64,000 nucleotides of DNA from Schizochytrium sp. TIO01 (lineage: Eukaryota > Protista > Bigyra: Labyrinthulomycetes), in NCBI GenBank assembly GCA_004764695.1, contig SMSO01000031.1, positions 7,422,761-7,486,760 on the forward strand, in the 5' to 3' direction. Shown here piece by piece: positions 13,801 through 25,262 of the stretch (positions are counted from its first letter, which is position 1; every line of letters starts with the position of its first letter). Both the position numbers and the translations under genes were made by a program. Below the pieces are notes generated by a model. It had not been told where the DNA came from and ran no database searches. It saw only the letters and a list, made by a program, of their open reading frames with translations.

Positions 13801-14111
13801 AAAGAATCGTCTACATTGTCCTCATATGTTTTCTCCTCGTTACTGTTCTGATCAGGCTCTGAGGAACCGTTTGGGTTACGATCTAAACATGACATATCTA
13901 GGAGAAGTTTGTTAGAGCTCGCTTCATGCGCTAAAGTTACACGACGCCCAGATCGCCGGGCACTAGAGTTACCAGAAATATCAAAGTTTGCAAATGAACC
14001 ATAATTGGGTGTGCCGGATACAGGATCAGCATGAGGGGTCCTTGGCGACGACCCTGCGCCCTCAACATCTTCTTCGGACGGCCTCCGCTCACTGCTCGCT
14101 GCACCTCCCAT
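10869..14111 (-). CDS. Cyclic-nucleotide phosphodiesterase, metallo-beta-lactamase fold plus two cNMP-binding domains (Dictyostelium PdeD/PdeE, GbpA/GbpB-like)
   Basis: 1080-aa ORF with an N-terminal LPRGG...FGCPPETIKD segment and MBL motifs LGTSHGFD, THCHSDH, HTIPC, YSADT, LILHE and VVHV. CNBD1 has YFGETSL...PRNADV; the second CNBD is degenerate. Confidence 0.85.
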   Translation of the reverse strand: MGGAASSERRPSEEDVEGAGSSPRTPHADPVSGTPNYGSFANFDISGNSSARRSGRRVTLAHEASSNKLLLDMSCLDRNPNGSSEPDQNSNEEKTYEDNVDDSFPKTDSNSSRKSVDDPTGEFDTPKLSQNNLGPDVELHGHKHVSVSPDIPTVEPHRFFKPGKILMKRSASSVFKAYDTTLDPFAKTYLTELPRGGHWCRLGDVVFQFGCPPETIKDSMTLGIPVPQYFIVLGQLFSRTRGLCVAELEFPAYFNFFIRRQRTVVVTTAAVEPRIRAVFQETLLGPKAKYLRLDQDFPSDRPSHYFPNFKNEGEWLDNARKTLTIDDLLEFKIFEGADFDSSGYAHTLVTSLKNGEVIIEFKRKEKVFEVHSPKHILEPGHFSLFGEEVVRSIEKDAFDQADHSPTELDPDSPEALGKTLEELPVFGVTMLGTSHGFDPKGRTTGFVLWANRRGTMVDPPPNAIECLNQLSISARPIDSVVLTHCHSDHDAGTFRRVLLDQHITIYTTQTIFDSFIRKYSAITGLSREFLQQLLHFRKVCIGEDVAIHGATWNFFYSLHTIPCIGFSVTVDKTVIAYSADTHNDPDLFQRMYDDKVIGKGRLEGLASFPWDADLILHEAGVPPIHTPMQRLVNLSDEIKAKTYVVHVAQKDIPKGSGLQSLSNGTTVSLPVNPAPMEAAIEIIDVLASNDLFQTTCQTFRDAISILHAFHYECFEPGEAIVHAGDPGDKCYIITRGIAVVSWFVDGQRQEKMFNVGDYFGETSLVTGEPRNADVHAITHVKVASLSKKAFDMLVHGTDVARDLITLSETRKTNSWQLISLNSVTRKFSSTAKTQLEYIMEERKFVAGEVAWEVGDPAGFILIVQTGLFHFKCDEVKLRDRNISLNIAVDEDSGHLKIMNAPIHRSASSAARDTSIPLTRSETLAEGSELSASPRSPRSPRSPRSGELSFSNDQSLDYSETESKEAPGRMPSFMNSSGALDSKKRRKSSLLFSASSMSGKGETFTHHRGMIDIEANTTEDLCGEGIIIGDFDAVFADAPVASTCFCVEEGTALIITQAKWKQFCGRYPGGLLFFMNKHVAK

Positions 14112-16580
14112 ATTTGATATGTTACGAGATCGAGCTTGATCGAGCTTGATTGAGCGATGTTGCCGAAGGCAAAGTTGCTTGTGGTACCAATGCTTTCACG
14201 TAGTGAGATCTCTTTGGATGCGCTTCTCTACGACTCGAGGAATATCCACAGGTCAATCAATAGCATATAATATAGAAGGCTTGTGTAACGAAGCGCAGGC
14301 CGCGGGACTCCAAGCTTCGCAATTCTGTTTTCTTTGATCAAGCGAGAGAATTTAATAATGACCTCGCCTGGAGAGACCACCTACTGCACTGCTGTTCTCT
14401 TCACCTTCCTATCACGTTGGAGCAGCACAATGTGGCTTGTACTAGGACACGTCCTATGATGCAACTGTCTCGCCAAGGTAATACGCCCTGGCGATCAGGC
14501 GAGGTCTTGTCCTCTCACCGCGATGCCAACGCAAGTGCCTGAATTTGTTTGCACACACAACTTAATTGCTGGAAACATGACATGAATTTTGGAAAGGGGG
14601 TGAGTTGAATATTTTACCTTGCCTTATACAATGAGCTAATCTCGGTGTTAAAGTCATAAAGAGAGAGAAAAAAAAAGTAAGGTATATATTCTAATATGTC
14701 ATAAAGAAATTAACTCTAAAACTGAATGAATCGATTCAAACTAAAGCAACATCGACGATGGTACGACTCTTGAAAATGCAAATGAAAAATTAGAACGTAA
14801 GGATAAACGCACATAGTGACTGGGAACCGAAATTATTTACACTTTTAAGTGCTGTTACATAGGACCTCCTAGCTAGGGGTTACTACAGCGCAAAGCTTGG
14901 TGCCGTTAATTCTACAACCGTGTAATACATTTTGCAGGCAAAAGTCTCAAACACAGCACCTGTTCCAAAAACTAACAGAATATACCGGAAACCTGTTTCC
15001 CTGCTTTAAATCCAATCCTACTCCAGAGACTTTGCGTCTCTGCCCGAAGCGTTGGTGCAAAAATTCATCATGCATGCATGCTTGACGAGATCATTGTTAT
15101 TTTCCAAACCCACCATAACGGATATACAGACCCACGAAAGGTTGGAGCTCTACCCCCTTGGACAACCTTGTGTGTGTGTTTCCTTGTCAACATAGGAGTT
15201 CCGTGGGGTTACGAAAGGACAGTGTGATTCCAAAGCGAATGTACAAAACTCACGAAGGAAACTATGTTCCGACTTCGTTGACTATTGAGGAAGGTATCAG
15301 GGGTGCGTGCACCTGGAAGTCTTTAGTGGCTGCTCTGTCTAACCGGGTCGCTGTAGCTCCAGTCGAGGAAGGAGCCTTGGTTATGATCAGAAGCCTCCAA
15401 GTCTCGCCAACGCCCATCTTCAAACCGTGCAAACTGTCTACAACTCAAAGAAATTCTGACATCTTGATCATCTTCACTCACCATCGTCGGCGTCGTGCAA
15501 GTAAATTAGAGGCTCAATTAATGGTCTAAGAGCCCTCGCGACGTGACCGAGTCTTCCCGCCCTTGGTCCGCTGTAGTGAAGGCCACCTTATTCTTCAGGA
15601 TGCCCTCCCTCCAATCCCTGCCGGGAAAAGCATGGTGGCCCGTGCGTTTAAGGAGGGTCTTCCGTCGATGGCTCATGATTGCGAGATGAATGAGATGAAT
15701 GAATGATGATTTACGCATTCATTTGTTTGTCTGCAAAGACCTGCTTGCTTTAACACCACGAGAGGATCAAGACGAGTGAAGGTTCGCAACAAATGTTTTT
15801 TGCATACATCGGCACATGCACCTACCACACAATTCTTGCAAATTGTGTAACGCAGCGGGAAATCGAAGCTCTTCACGAAGAACCTAGGTTTGTACGTACC
15901 TGCGAGTAAAGGTTCAACTTGAAGAGGAGTTCTGCGAGTGAGCTGTGCCGAGAAGACTCCTCGAACCTGGAGATGCACTTCATTCCAGAAGACAGTGGGA
16001 GTCTCTTCTGTGCCGTAGAACCAAGCCTTGGCGTTCGCTAAAAAGGTACACGTACATCACCTAGTACTACTCAGAATCTCAGGCAGGTAGATAGCCAAAT
16101 GAATCAGGATCGTAGTTCTTCTCTTTAGATGTCTTTCCAAGTCGGAGATGGCAGAAATCACGAATCATATGATCTCTGGAATCGTGATTCATGGACGTCG
16201 CCAAGTAGTCCGAAGATCTACGCGAAGGTATCGAAGAGTGGACCGTGGATGCTCGTCCTCTGATACGCCAAGAGTTGTGCCACACTAGTTCGATACTTCT
16301 GCAAGACAAGCAAGCAATCAACCGATGGTGTGGTCTTGAGCCATCCCAGGTGTAGTAGTATAGTGGAGTACCTACCTACCTACTTACAGCGTGGAGCTAT
16401 GCTGCTAGTTCCATGAGAAGACCATAAAAAGTAGCAATCAGTTGACTAACATGGAAAATCAAACATCTTAAACGCGGCGGTTTCCACATTAATGAGCCAA
16501 CTGATTGAGTGATTTGATGGTTGACTCACGCAATCGATGCCATCACCCTAAAGGGAAGCAGCTTTGGCACCTCACTTATT

Positions 16581-16624
16581 CAGTCAGTCAGTCAGTCAGT
16601 CAGTCAGTCAGTCAGTCAATCAAT
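16581..16624. repeat. (CAGT)n microsatellite
   Basis: About 9 CAGT units followed by CAAT units. Confidence 0.95.
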
Positions 16625-17640
16625 TATCCAAATGATTCCGGCAAACCAATCGAGAGAGATACATTCCCCCTCTCGGCCAAGAACCCCATTCTTGCCGTAG
16701 CTGGCGAGACTCGATTTGGCGCCAACACTCCTCAAGAAGATCGTGCCTGAACTCCACAAAGGACAACAATTCAACGATAAAGCCAAAGCCAAAGACACCC
16801 AACCACTTCCACTGACCACGAATCAGTCGAGCAATTGTACAAACGAATGCAAGAACAACCTACTCTGTAGTTTCCATCGCTCAGGTCATCCGATGACTGA
16901 AGATTTGACGCCAACTTAGGAAACAAACGCCCAAGAACCTGCAAACGAATTCTCAACCCTTAGAGTTAAACGCAGTCGAACTCCTACCGGCACCGACGGC
17001 GTGTGTGGCTGGGAAGGCGGGTCGAGACCATTCGATGCTGTCGATGATAATGTTTGATCGTAGCAGTCACTAGGCGGCGCTTAGGAGGTCTTGCTTTGCA
17101 TCATCGCTCAGAAAGTTGAAAGAAAGAGGGCGATAGTACATCGATTGCGAACTACGAAGGCCTGCATGCTCGAGGCAACGACAGTGGAAGCGCTTGCACG
17201 AACAGACAGTGAATGACTGCGCAGGGCACATTCCTTCACTTCCACAGCAGCATCGTGAAGGTGCCCTCTGATGAAAATACTGAGGAGGTGCTCACTCATA
17301 AATCATAAATGTATGTGCGAGTCCTACCCATTCTCCATAGGAACCTGCTAGCGACCCTAGCGCTTCTCGTTGAGCACAGTATAGAAGTATTACTAAAAAA
17401 TTATTAAAACTTAAAGAATAGTAAGTTTTAATCTAAAAAAGTTGATCACTCATTGTTTCGAAGAGTACGGTGGTTATATTATGTATTTTTAATTGTTCTT
17501 TTGAGAGAGAGAGAGAGAAAGAAGAAAGAAAGAAATTGCCAAAAGAAGGAGAGCGGTACTAGCGGCACAGACGCCGACCAGACCTACAACTCGACGAAGA
17601 CTTCCGCAGGTTTCTATCCAAACACTCTTAGACAAGCAAC

Positions 17641-19790
17641 ATGGGCGAATACGGACAGGTACGTGCTCTCGAGCAGTGGCGAAGGACTTGAGGCGGTTGA
17701 CAGGCGCGGCTGGGGATGATAGATCGCCTCGCTAGAGTGGCTGGATGAAAGATCGATTCAACGCGTGAATGAACGATGCAATGGACCCAGATTGCACTGA
17801 GAGCTACCATAGCTTTCTCTGAGCTGCGATAGCGGTGCCAGGGGGGTGGGTGAGATGAGGCAAGCGCGACGAAGCAACGGGTATCAGTGCATTGAGGCCC
17901 TTGAGAATGGTGCTACTACTTCATGATTGGATGATTGATGAAGGTTTTTATTTTCTTGTAGATTTCTTTACTTTTGCCTGTAAAGTTGGCACAACTAGGG
18001 ACCTATGAAGACAAATAAACAAAGAAAAGGCTCTTTCAAGGCCATTCTTCATCTTCGCAATCTGAGAACGTGCTTCAAGGCCCGGTCTTTGTGTCTAGAG
18101 AACAAGCGTCCGCTGCGTCCGCTGCACTGGTTTGTGTCGACACATGGATAAGCTGGCCGGAAATCCTCTAAGGCGCTATTCTTGAGAATTATTGTGGTTG
18201 CGCAGGTTTCCCACGGGAACACGTCAGGAATAACGCCTTAACACTTCTTCATATTTACATGAAAATGAATGCATATCTTTACATATGCATTCAAATCTGT
18301 TGTAATGACGTTGCGATCTTTTGGTTCCCAATAGATTGAGCTGGTAGATTGTCGGTGGGGATAGATGAGTGGGAAGAAGTGAATTATTTCTGAGTTACTT
18401 AAGTGCGGATGTTGTATTTGTGGCGCGCAGGGATTAATTACATGACGATCCACTAACTTTATCTAAAATATCGCTGTGGGTTCTGCACAAATCTTGTGAT
18501 GAAATAAATGACTCTTCGGTTGCTGCTGATGTGGACAATTGAACGCGAAACAAATAATTTTGTTTTTGCTTTGCGCTTTGCAATTTGTCACGGCTGCTTC
18601 AATTGACAATGGATTCCTGTAATTGGCGATATGTGTTATACTTTGTGTAGTACGATGTTCCCACCGTGGAGACCCTCGTGAACTTCAAGGTTGGCCAGCC
18701 GGCCCCTTCGATGCTCCCCCTCGACAAGATCCGCCAGGCCGCTAACGCCAAGCTTGACGAGACCGACCCTCTGTACCTCCAGTACGGTCACATCTACGGT
18801 TTCGGCAAGTGCCGTGACTCCGTTGTGAAGTTCCTCACTCAGCGTTATGGCTACGATGTGGACCCGAACAAGATCATGATGACCAACGGTGTCACCGGTA
18901 CCCTTGCTCTCATCTGCTCTCTCTTCCTCAAGGCTGGCGACCTTGTGTACGCCGAGGAGCCCACCTACTTCCTTGCCAAGTCGATCTTCAAGGACTTCAA
19001 GCTTGAGTGCCGCCAGATCCCCATGGACGAGCAAGGACTCGATGTTGAGAAGCTTGAGGCCGCTCTCGAGGCCGGCCCCGTGCCCAAGATGATGTACGTT
19101 GTGCCCACCGCCCACAACCCGACTGGCCGCACCCTCCCTGCTGAGCGTCGCGAGAAGCTCGCTGCTCTTGCCGCCAAGTACGACTTCTACTTGGTGTGTG
19201 ACGAGGTCTACCAGCTCCTTACCTTCCCCCACATCACCCCTCCCCCCCCCATGATGACCTTCGCCAAGCACGACAAGGTCCTCTGCATGGGTTCCTTCAG
19301 CAAGATCCTTGCCCCTGCTCTCCGTGCCGGCTGGCTCCAGGGTAGCGAGAAGGTTCTCGCCGAGATCGCCGCCTGCGGCCAGCTCGACTCCAGTGGAGGC
19401 CTCAACCCTGTCGTCTTTGGCTTCATCCAGAAGGCCATCGACATGGGTCTCCAGGACGAGCACCTTGACTGGACTCGCAACACCCTCTACACTCGCTACT
19501 CTGCTCTCGAGGCCGCTCTCGAGAAGTACCTTCCTGAGGGCACCACCTTTGAGAAGCCCCAGGGTGGCTACTTCGTGCTCGTCAAGCTCCCCGAGGGACA
19601 GCTCACCACCGACCTCCTCACCGAGGCCTCTGAGAACCACAAGGTTGCATTCCTCCCTGGCGCCAGCTTTGGTGAGACCATGAAGAACTACCTCCGCCTT
19701 TCCTTCTCCTACTACGATGCTGAGGACCTCGAGGTTGGCGTCCAGCGCCTCGGTGAGGCCATCAAGGCCTACCAGGCCAAGCTTCAGTAA
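17641..19790 (+). CDS. PLP-dependent aminotransferase class I/II (ARO8/LysN/MocR-catalytic-domain-like); exons 17641-17658 and 18651-19790
   Basis: Motifs EEPTY, VPTAHNPTG, DEVY, GSFSKILAPALRAGW (PLP lysine), PQGGYF and LRLSFS. A micro-exon ATGGGCGAATACGGACAG|GTACGT joins in phase 0 to TTGTGTAG|TAC, giving MGEYGQYDVPTVETLVNF. Strong GC3 bias. Confidence 0.9.
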
Positions 19791-22187
19791 ACTTGACCCA
19801 AGATATGCTCTTTACTTAAATTCATATCTGAATCAATCCATTGTGAAGATACTCGGTGAGTCACCGCCTATATCTGGATCATGAGCACTTGAACTCTAGG
19901 TCTAGCCCATTAAAACAAACAAACAAAAATACAAACATTAGATTTCTCAACATACCCTCTTAAGGGTGTTGCTTTCGCTGATCCTTTTCGGAACTCTTCA
20001 TTGATTAATACCTAGCTAAATTTGCAAGATTCGGATGGATCTTTCCCGTTGAAGCACATAATATTTGCAGAGCTAATATCCTTATGTACCAATAAGATAT
20101 TCATTCAAGAATGCAAAGGTCGCTTAGGACCAAAATACTTTGCCTCGATTATTTACTCTTGCCTGTGGAGTATTTGAGTTCTCAATACCGTGCTCTGACT
20201 CAATGATTTCATCTCTCTTTGTGAGCTTCTGTATTCCAACAAGTAAACAATGGTGCCGCTTTGTTGAAGGGGCACTTGTCGTGAGTGACTCAATAAAGGA
20301 GGCCCGTTTGTTCCAGTCTACTTTTATAAACAACAACACCAGGACCACAGCAGCATTCATATAGGAAACGCCAAAAACTGACACGCGCCGAATAACAAGC
20401 AAAATATTGACGGTAGGTCAATTTGAGACTTCGAAAACATTTATAAGAAGAAAAAAAGGGTTTTATCATGATGGGTCCCGCTTTCACTTTGAGAACATCC
20501 TAACCTCATAGAAACCTACTTAAGTTTCCCAACGCAACTTTGAGGCACATCGAATTGCTCATATTTCTTGAACGTTGATTTCGTTAAAAGCGCCCTGTAT
20601 TATCATGCTTTAATTAAACAAATTGAAATATATCATGACTCAGGAAAAGAACAGCATTAATCAATCCCTTCCTTTTTTACTTTCTACCATGTCCGATGTA
20701 CAGCACCATGCCAAACACAATTTGCTCACTCTCGCATGGAAGGGACCTTCGTGTAACAGTACTTTTGTTCTCTTCTTAAACACTTGTTTGACAACAGAAT
20801 TTTATCAAATCAGAAATGGCGCCCTCGACCAAACGGTACTTTTTCCGAAACGCTCAGATGATAATTTTTTCTTACCCTCCTTCTACACTGCAGTCTTATT
20901 GCCTGTGTCCACTCCTGTAAGCACTGTGTATTTTAGCAGACGAACGTCCCTAATCTGTCCCCAACTAAACCATTCTTAAAAGCCAAAGTGTTTGGCTTAT
21001 GCAGACTGACCGCACTGTAAAGTTCTGTGTTTGGTCCTCACAATTTGTCCAGTGGAAGCTCGCAAACTTTCACCTTTCCTCCCAAGCAGACTTTCGATGA
21101 CTTGTTGACCGGCAAAGGCTTGCGTGGAGGTTACTCGTGGCCCCTAGAAATACCATCTTGGTTGAGATTGATTGTAGCTCTTGAAGAAGCTGAAGGTAGG
21201 TACCCAAGTTCTGTGTTTCATTTCTTTTCTCTCAATAATCAAAAGAAGTAAGAAGTACCTTTGCACATTTGGTCATGAAAATAAACATTGATACACATGA
21301 AAGGAAATGAAAGATGGCATGGCGAATGAAAGAAAGGGAACAAATCAGCCTTTCGGAGATGCAATCAAATCGAACCAGCCCTCCCAAGAAAGCTAATCCT
21401 GGGCAAAGAAGAGTGGCACTAAGAGAAGAACCAAATAAAAACATCGCTCGCTGCCTAGCACTTGGTTACTGCTGCTTCTGTCATGAAAGAATGCATTGAA
21501 GTTCGTTTCCTTATCTGCCTGTACAAGAAACTATCCAGTAGACTCGCCTGCCTACCATGGGCTAAGGGTAACTTCTAAGAGGGAAGAGAAACAATAAAGA
21601 AGAGAGTGAGTGCACTATTGACTGTGATAATAAACAACAACAACAACAAATCAGGAAAGTAAAAGTTTTACTTTTAGAGAAAGAAGAAGAATAACTTTGA
21701 GAAAGAACGAAACAAAGAAACGAAAGACTTCCTTAGGAAAGCAGAAGAAGAGACGCAGATCATCAACGAAGCACCTCTGCTCGCAAGACCATCGGGCGGT
21801 CACCGCGCACAAGGTACGTTCGCTTCCCGCGAGTGCGCTCGCGTGCCCTTCGAGGGACCTTCTCTCGACCCGCACCCCGCGGAACCCAGCCTGAAGCCAC
21901 CGACCCCTCGCAGCATGGAGGCACAACCGCCGAGATGAATAAATAAATGCTCAGGGGCGTGTGATTCTTATATTCATTCGCATATACATACATACAAATA
22001 CTAGGTTTTGTATGGCGCATAGGCATATATATGCTCAAAGTCCGCACTCAGCTCCGCTTCGCTGCCACCTCGTAGACAATTCGCAAGCTTCGAGGCACGC
22101 CCTCCTTAGTTGTCGCGGGTTTTGAAGGCCTGAAGGCGTTGAAACAAAGGGAGGTGCCAAATTGCAACGGTGCGCACGCTAGCAACG

Positions 22188-22232
22188 AATATATATATAT
22201 GTATATATATATATATATGAACATATATATGT
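22188..22232. repeat. Imperfect (AT)n microsatellite
   Basis: ATATAT tract with GT/GA interruptions. Confidence 0.9.
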
Positions 22233-22721
22233 ATGCAGATGCCGTGCATGGACATATGCTGATGAAGCGCCCATGGTTTGCAAACTCGGTGAAGCACTTG
22301 CTGGCGGAGGGCGAGGGAGTGATGGAGTGAGAAGAGTTATTTGATATAAGATTTATAATGAATGGGAATATACTTAAAAGTTTGGGTTAAGGTCCTATTA
22401 TATTACTGTCTCTTTCGTGTACTGAGGTTGAGTTGGTGCAACGAAGGCAGATATGAGAAACTTGAAGATGATGCGTACCTTTAAGATTGCTCCGGGCCAA
22501 GGGAATTTGCTTTTCAGAGTTGGAGTAGGACATGAGAACCCAAATCAGGCTATCTGTTTTTTAAAGTGAAAAAATTGCAAGAGGATGATGACTGACGGCT
22601 TTTGCGTAACAATTGTGCTGCGATAACACCACGAATTGAACTCGATGCTTAAAATTCTTTGGATTACTCATAAACACAGGTTTATTTTACTCTAAGGAGC
22701 TTGTATCAAGAAAACAGAAAA

Positions 22722-22991
22722 ATGGCAGAGCGTAAGGCAGTCATCAAGAATGCGGACATGTCCGAGGAGATGCAGCAGGACGTCGTTGACTGCGCATCCC
22801 AGGCACTCGAGAAGTACAACATCGAGAAAGACATCGCTGCATACATTAAAAAGGAATTTGACAAGAAGCACGGCCCCACCTGGCACTGCATTGTCGGCCG
22901 TAACTTCGGCTCCTATGTCACACACGAGACAAAGCACTTTATCTACCTCTACCTTTCCCAGATTGCTATTTTGCTCTTCAAGAGCGGCTAA
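22722..22991 (+). CDS. DYNLL1: Dynein light chain LC8
   Basis: 89 aa, [20 protein letters not shown]...[22 protein letters not shown]...LLFKSG, nearly identical to canonical LC8. ATG at 22722. Confidence 0.98.
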   Translation: MAERKAVIKNADMSEEMQQDVVDCASQALEKYNIEKDIAAYIKKEFDKKHGPTWHCIVGRNFGSYVTHETKHFIYLYLSQIAILLFKSG

Positions 22992-23321
22992 GTTGCGTCT
23001 GTGCCGTAGATCCTCTATGTCTTCATGCCAACACCTCCACGCGTTCTTTTTCATATCTTACTCTTTCTAATCAAGCGCCAATGATGTTTTTTGGCCTCTC
23101 CTGTGTTTCACCGCATAGCTCGACTTGCGGTCCTTTTCTTCTTCATCCAGTTCTTGTCACTTGCTTCTAATACGCATACATTAGCACAATGTATGACCTT
23201 GGCCTTCGGCAACTGTTGAATAAATTTTATCTTGATTCTTACGCTAGGTGCAAGTGATTACAACATTCTACTCATGTAAGGCTATTTGCATATAATAATA
23301 GTCACTTGAAAATAAAAACTC

Positions 23322-24602
23322 ATGAGGCAACATACCCAAAATGGCAAACAACGAACTCGAGTTCGCTGTTCCGTAACCATGCCCAAGCGCCCTATCAGGG
23401 GTGACAACAAGTCAGCAACTAGTGCCTCTCATGAAACCGAGCCTAAACGGCGTAGCGCAAGCTGCAGTGTCAGCAGCGTAAGGGTTGATGCCATCGCTGG
23501 CGAGATCTTGCAGTTTGTAGGATCTGCCAAGGCGTGGTGCGTGTGTCGCACACTGAACCGCGCATGGCGAGATGCTGCGGATTTAGTGGGGCTTCGTAAT
23601 TGCTGGATCACTCCAAACAGCAAATTGAAAGTCTTTATGTCCAAGGTAGTTGAAAGTGACAGAGCCACAACAGTGCAGCACTTAGACCTCACAGATGCTG
23701 AGAACAAGCTGACGTCGGACATGTTCTCGCAAATGCTGAGCAAAATGCGGTCACTGCGTTCAGTCAGACTTGAGGTCATTCCAGGAAAACAAAAAGGCCT
23801 TCAGGCGCTATTTGCTTTGCCTCATCTTGATTCTCTCGAAGTTCTCAACATGCGGGGGATGACTTTACCAAAGAAAATGGCCTTGAACATGGAGAGCAAG
23901 GGTTTCCGCCACCTACACCTCTGGCGTGCACACCATGCAACTGATGCCCATGTTCGTTCATTGATCAGTCCTCATATGCTGGACCTATCAATGTCAGGGG
24001 CAGGACATTTCTCGGGAATTGCCCTGCGGGCAATGACTGAGTTGCATCCGCCGCTTCAGCGCCTTGTACTTTTGAGCTGTGGTTCTGGTCATCTTGACGA
24101 AAGGGTTCTTTCCGAGGCTCTACGTGCACTATCCCCTACACTCGAGCATCTCAACTTGTCACGATCTATTCATCGGTTTCTGTTCATGGACGATTGGTTA
24201 GCACCTCGTTTACGCTGCTTAATTATAGATGAAGTCGAGGTTGAACGCGGTTTCGGACGCATGATCCTCGGTGATCGAATGCCAAGGCTAGAGTCACTCT
24301 CGGTTGCTCGTTATGCTGCTAACAGTGATGACATCTTTATCGATGCTGAGTCATTTCAGAATAGGCATGGAGCAGAGACGCTCGTTTGCCCTAAGCTTCG
24401 AGTTGTTCAATTGACTGGCACTAGGATCACCGAGAAAACAATTCAATTTTTTGAACGTTGTCCTGAATTCCGTCTCGCAATAGTCGATTCTTGTCGTGGG
24501 CTGTCTAGAGCGGTTCGAACAAAATATGCTGCCCTGCGTCAGAGTCGAGAGATGGAGAAGCTGCAAGATGAATTTACGCTTGCTGCGACTGTGGACCTTT
24601 GA
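23322..24602 (+). CDS. F-box/leucine-rich-repeat protein
   Basis: F-box-like segment DAIAGEILQFV...CRTLNRAWRDAA followed by LxxLxL repeats (VQHLDLT, LRSVRLE, LEHLNLS, LESLSVA, LRVVQLT). The start may instead be the ATG at 23379. Confidence 0.75.
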   Translation: MRQHTQNGKQRTRVRCSVTMPKRPIRGDNKSATSASHETEPKRRSASCSVSSVRVDAIAGEILQFVGSAKAWCVCRTLNRAWRDAADLVGLRNCWITPNSKLKVFMSKVVESDRATTVQHLDLTDAENKLTSDMFSQMLSKMRSLRSVRLEVIPGKQKGLQALFALPHLDSLEVLNMRGMTLPKKMALNMESKGFRHLHLWRAHHATDAHVRSLISPHMLDLSMSGAGHFSGIALRAMTELHPPLQRLVLLSCGSGHLDERVLSEALRALSPTLEHLNLSRSIHRFLFMDDWLAPRLRCLIIDEVEVERGFGRMILGDRMPRLESLSVARYAANSDDIFIDAESFQNRHGAETLVCPKLRVVQLTGTRITEKTIQFFERCPEFRLAIVDSCRGLSRAVRTKYAALRQSREMEKLQDEFTLAATVDL

Positions 24603-25262
24603 AGAAAGCACATAGGATTTTATTGAAATCTCTAGAATTATGTAATTTAGATTGATTCGACTGATAGTAATTGTCCAAGGTCTACATCTCTAATACTTTA
24701 ATTTTCTGAATCAAGATCGTACCTTCATCGCTTCTATTCGCGAAGACTTTATGTTATCGCTTTGCATTTTCTTCAATACACAAGTTTAGATTTCTACGAC
24801 TGCATCGCGGCGCACTTCGAGGGTTGTTATCTGTGTATGTTTGGCTTTTTCACATCTGTACCAAGCAACAAAGAAGCATAACATCACTATTCAGCTCCTA
24901 ATAAACACTCTTACATATAAGTTTAAATACTCACTGTATACCAACACTGCTATACTGATTTCATTTTCTTTTCTTGACATCGAGTAGAGTAGGCGTTATT
25001 GCTTTCCTTTTTCTCTCTACGTCAATTGCGCATTTATTTTAAAATTCTACAAAACCTTTTACTAACGCCATGCGGGTTCCTAGTTCATGGATAATGCAAA
25101 ACTATAGGACTATTTTACGTGCTCGTTTCTTACTCAGAAATCGAAACAGAAGCAATGAGACCATTTAACAATTCCACAATCTTGATATCTAAAGCCTGAG
25201 CCAGGGCACCCGTTTCAGTGTGGTGCTAACGCGACAACTCGGCTAGCTCATAGGCAATTGCA

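Noticed and set aside
18636-19640. 334-aa antisense ORF over the aminotransferase
   Set aside because: Shadow ORF caused by the strong GC3 codon bias of the sense gene; no motifs.
1-22991. Dynein heavy chain and LC8 as a functional gene cluster
   Set aside because: They are separated by unrelated genes; LC8 is a general hub protein, so proximity is probably chance.
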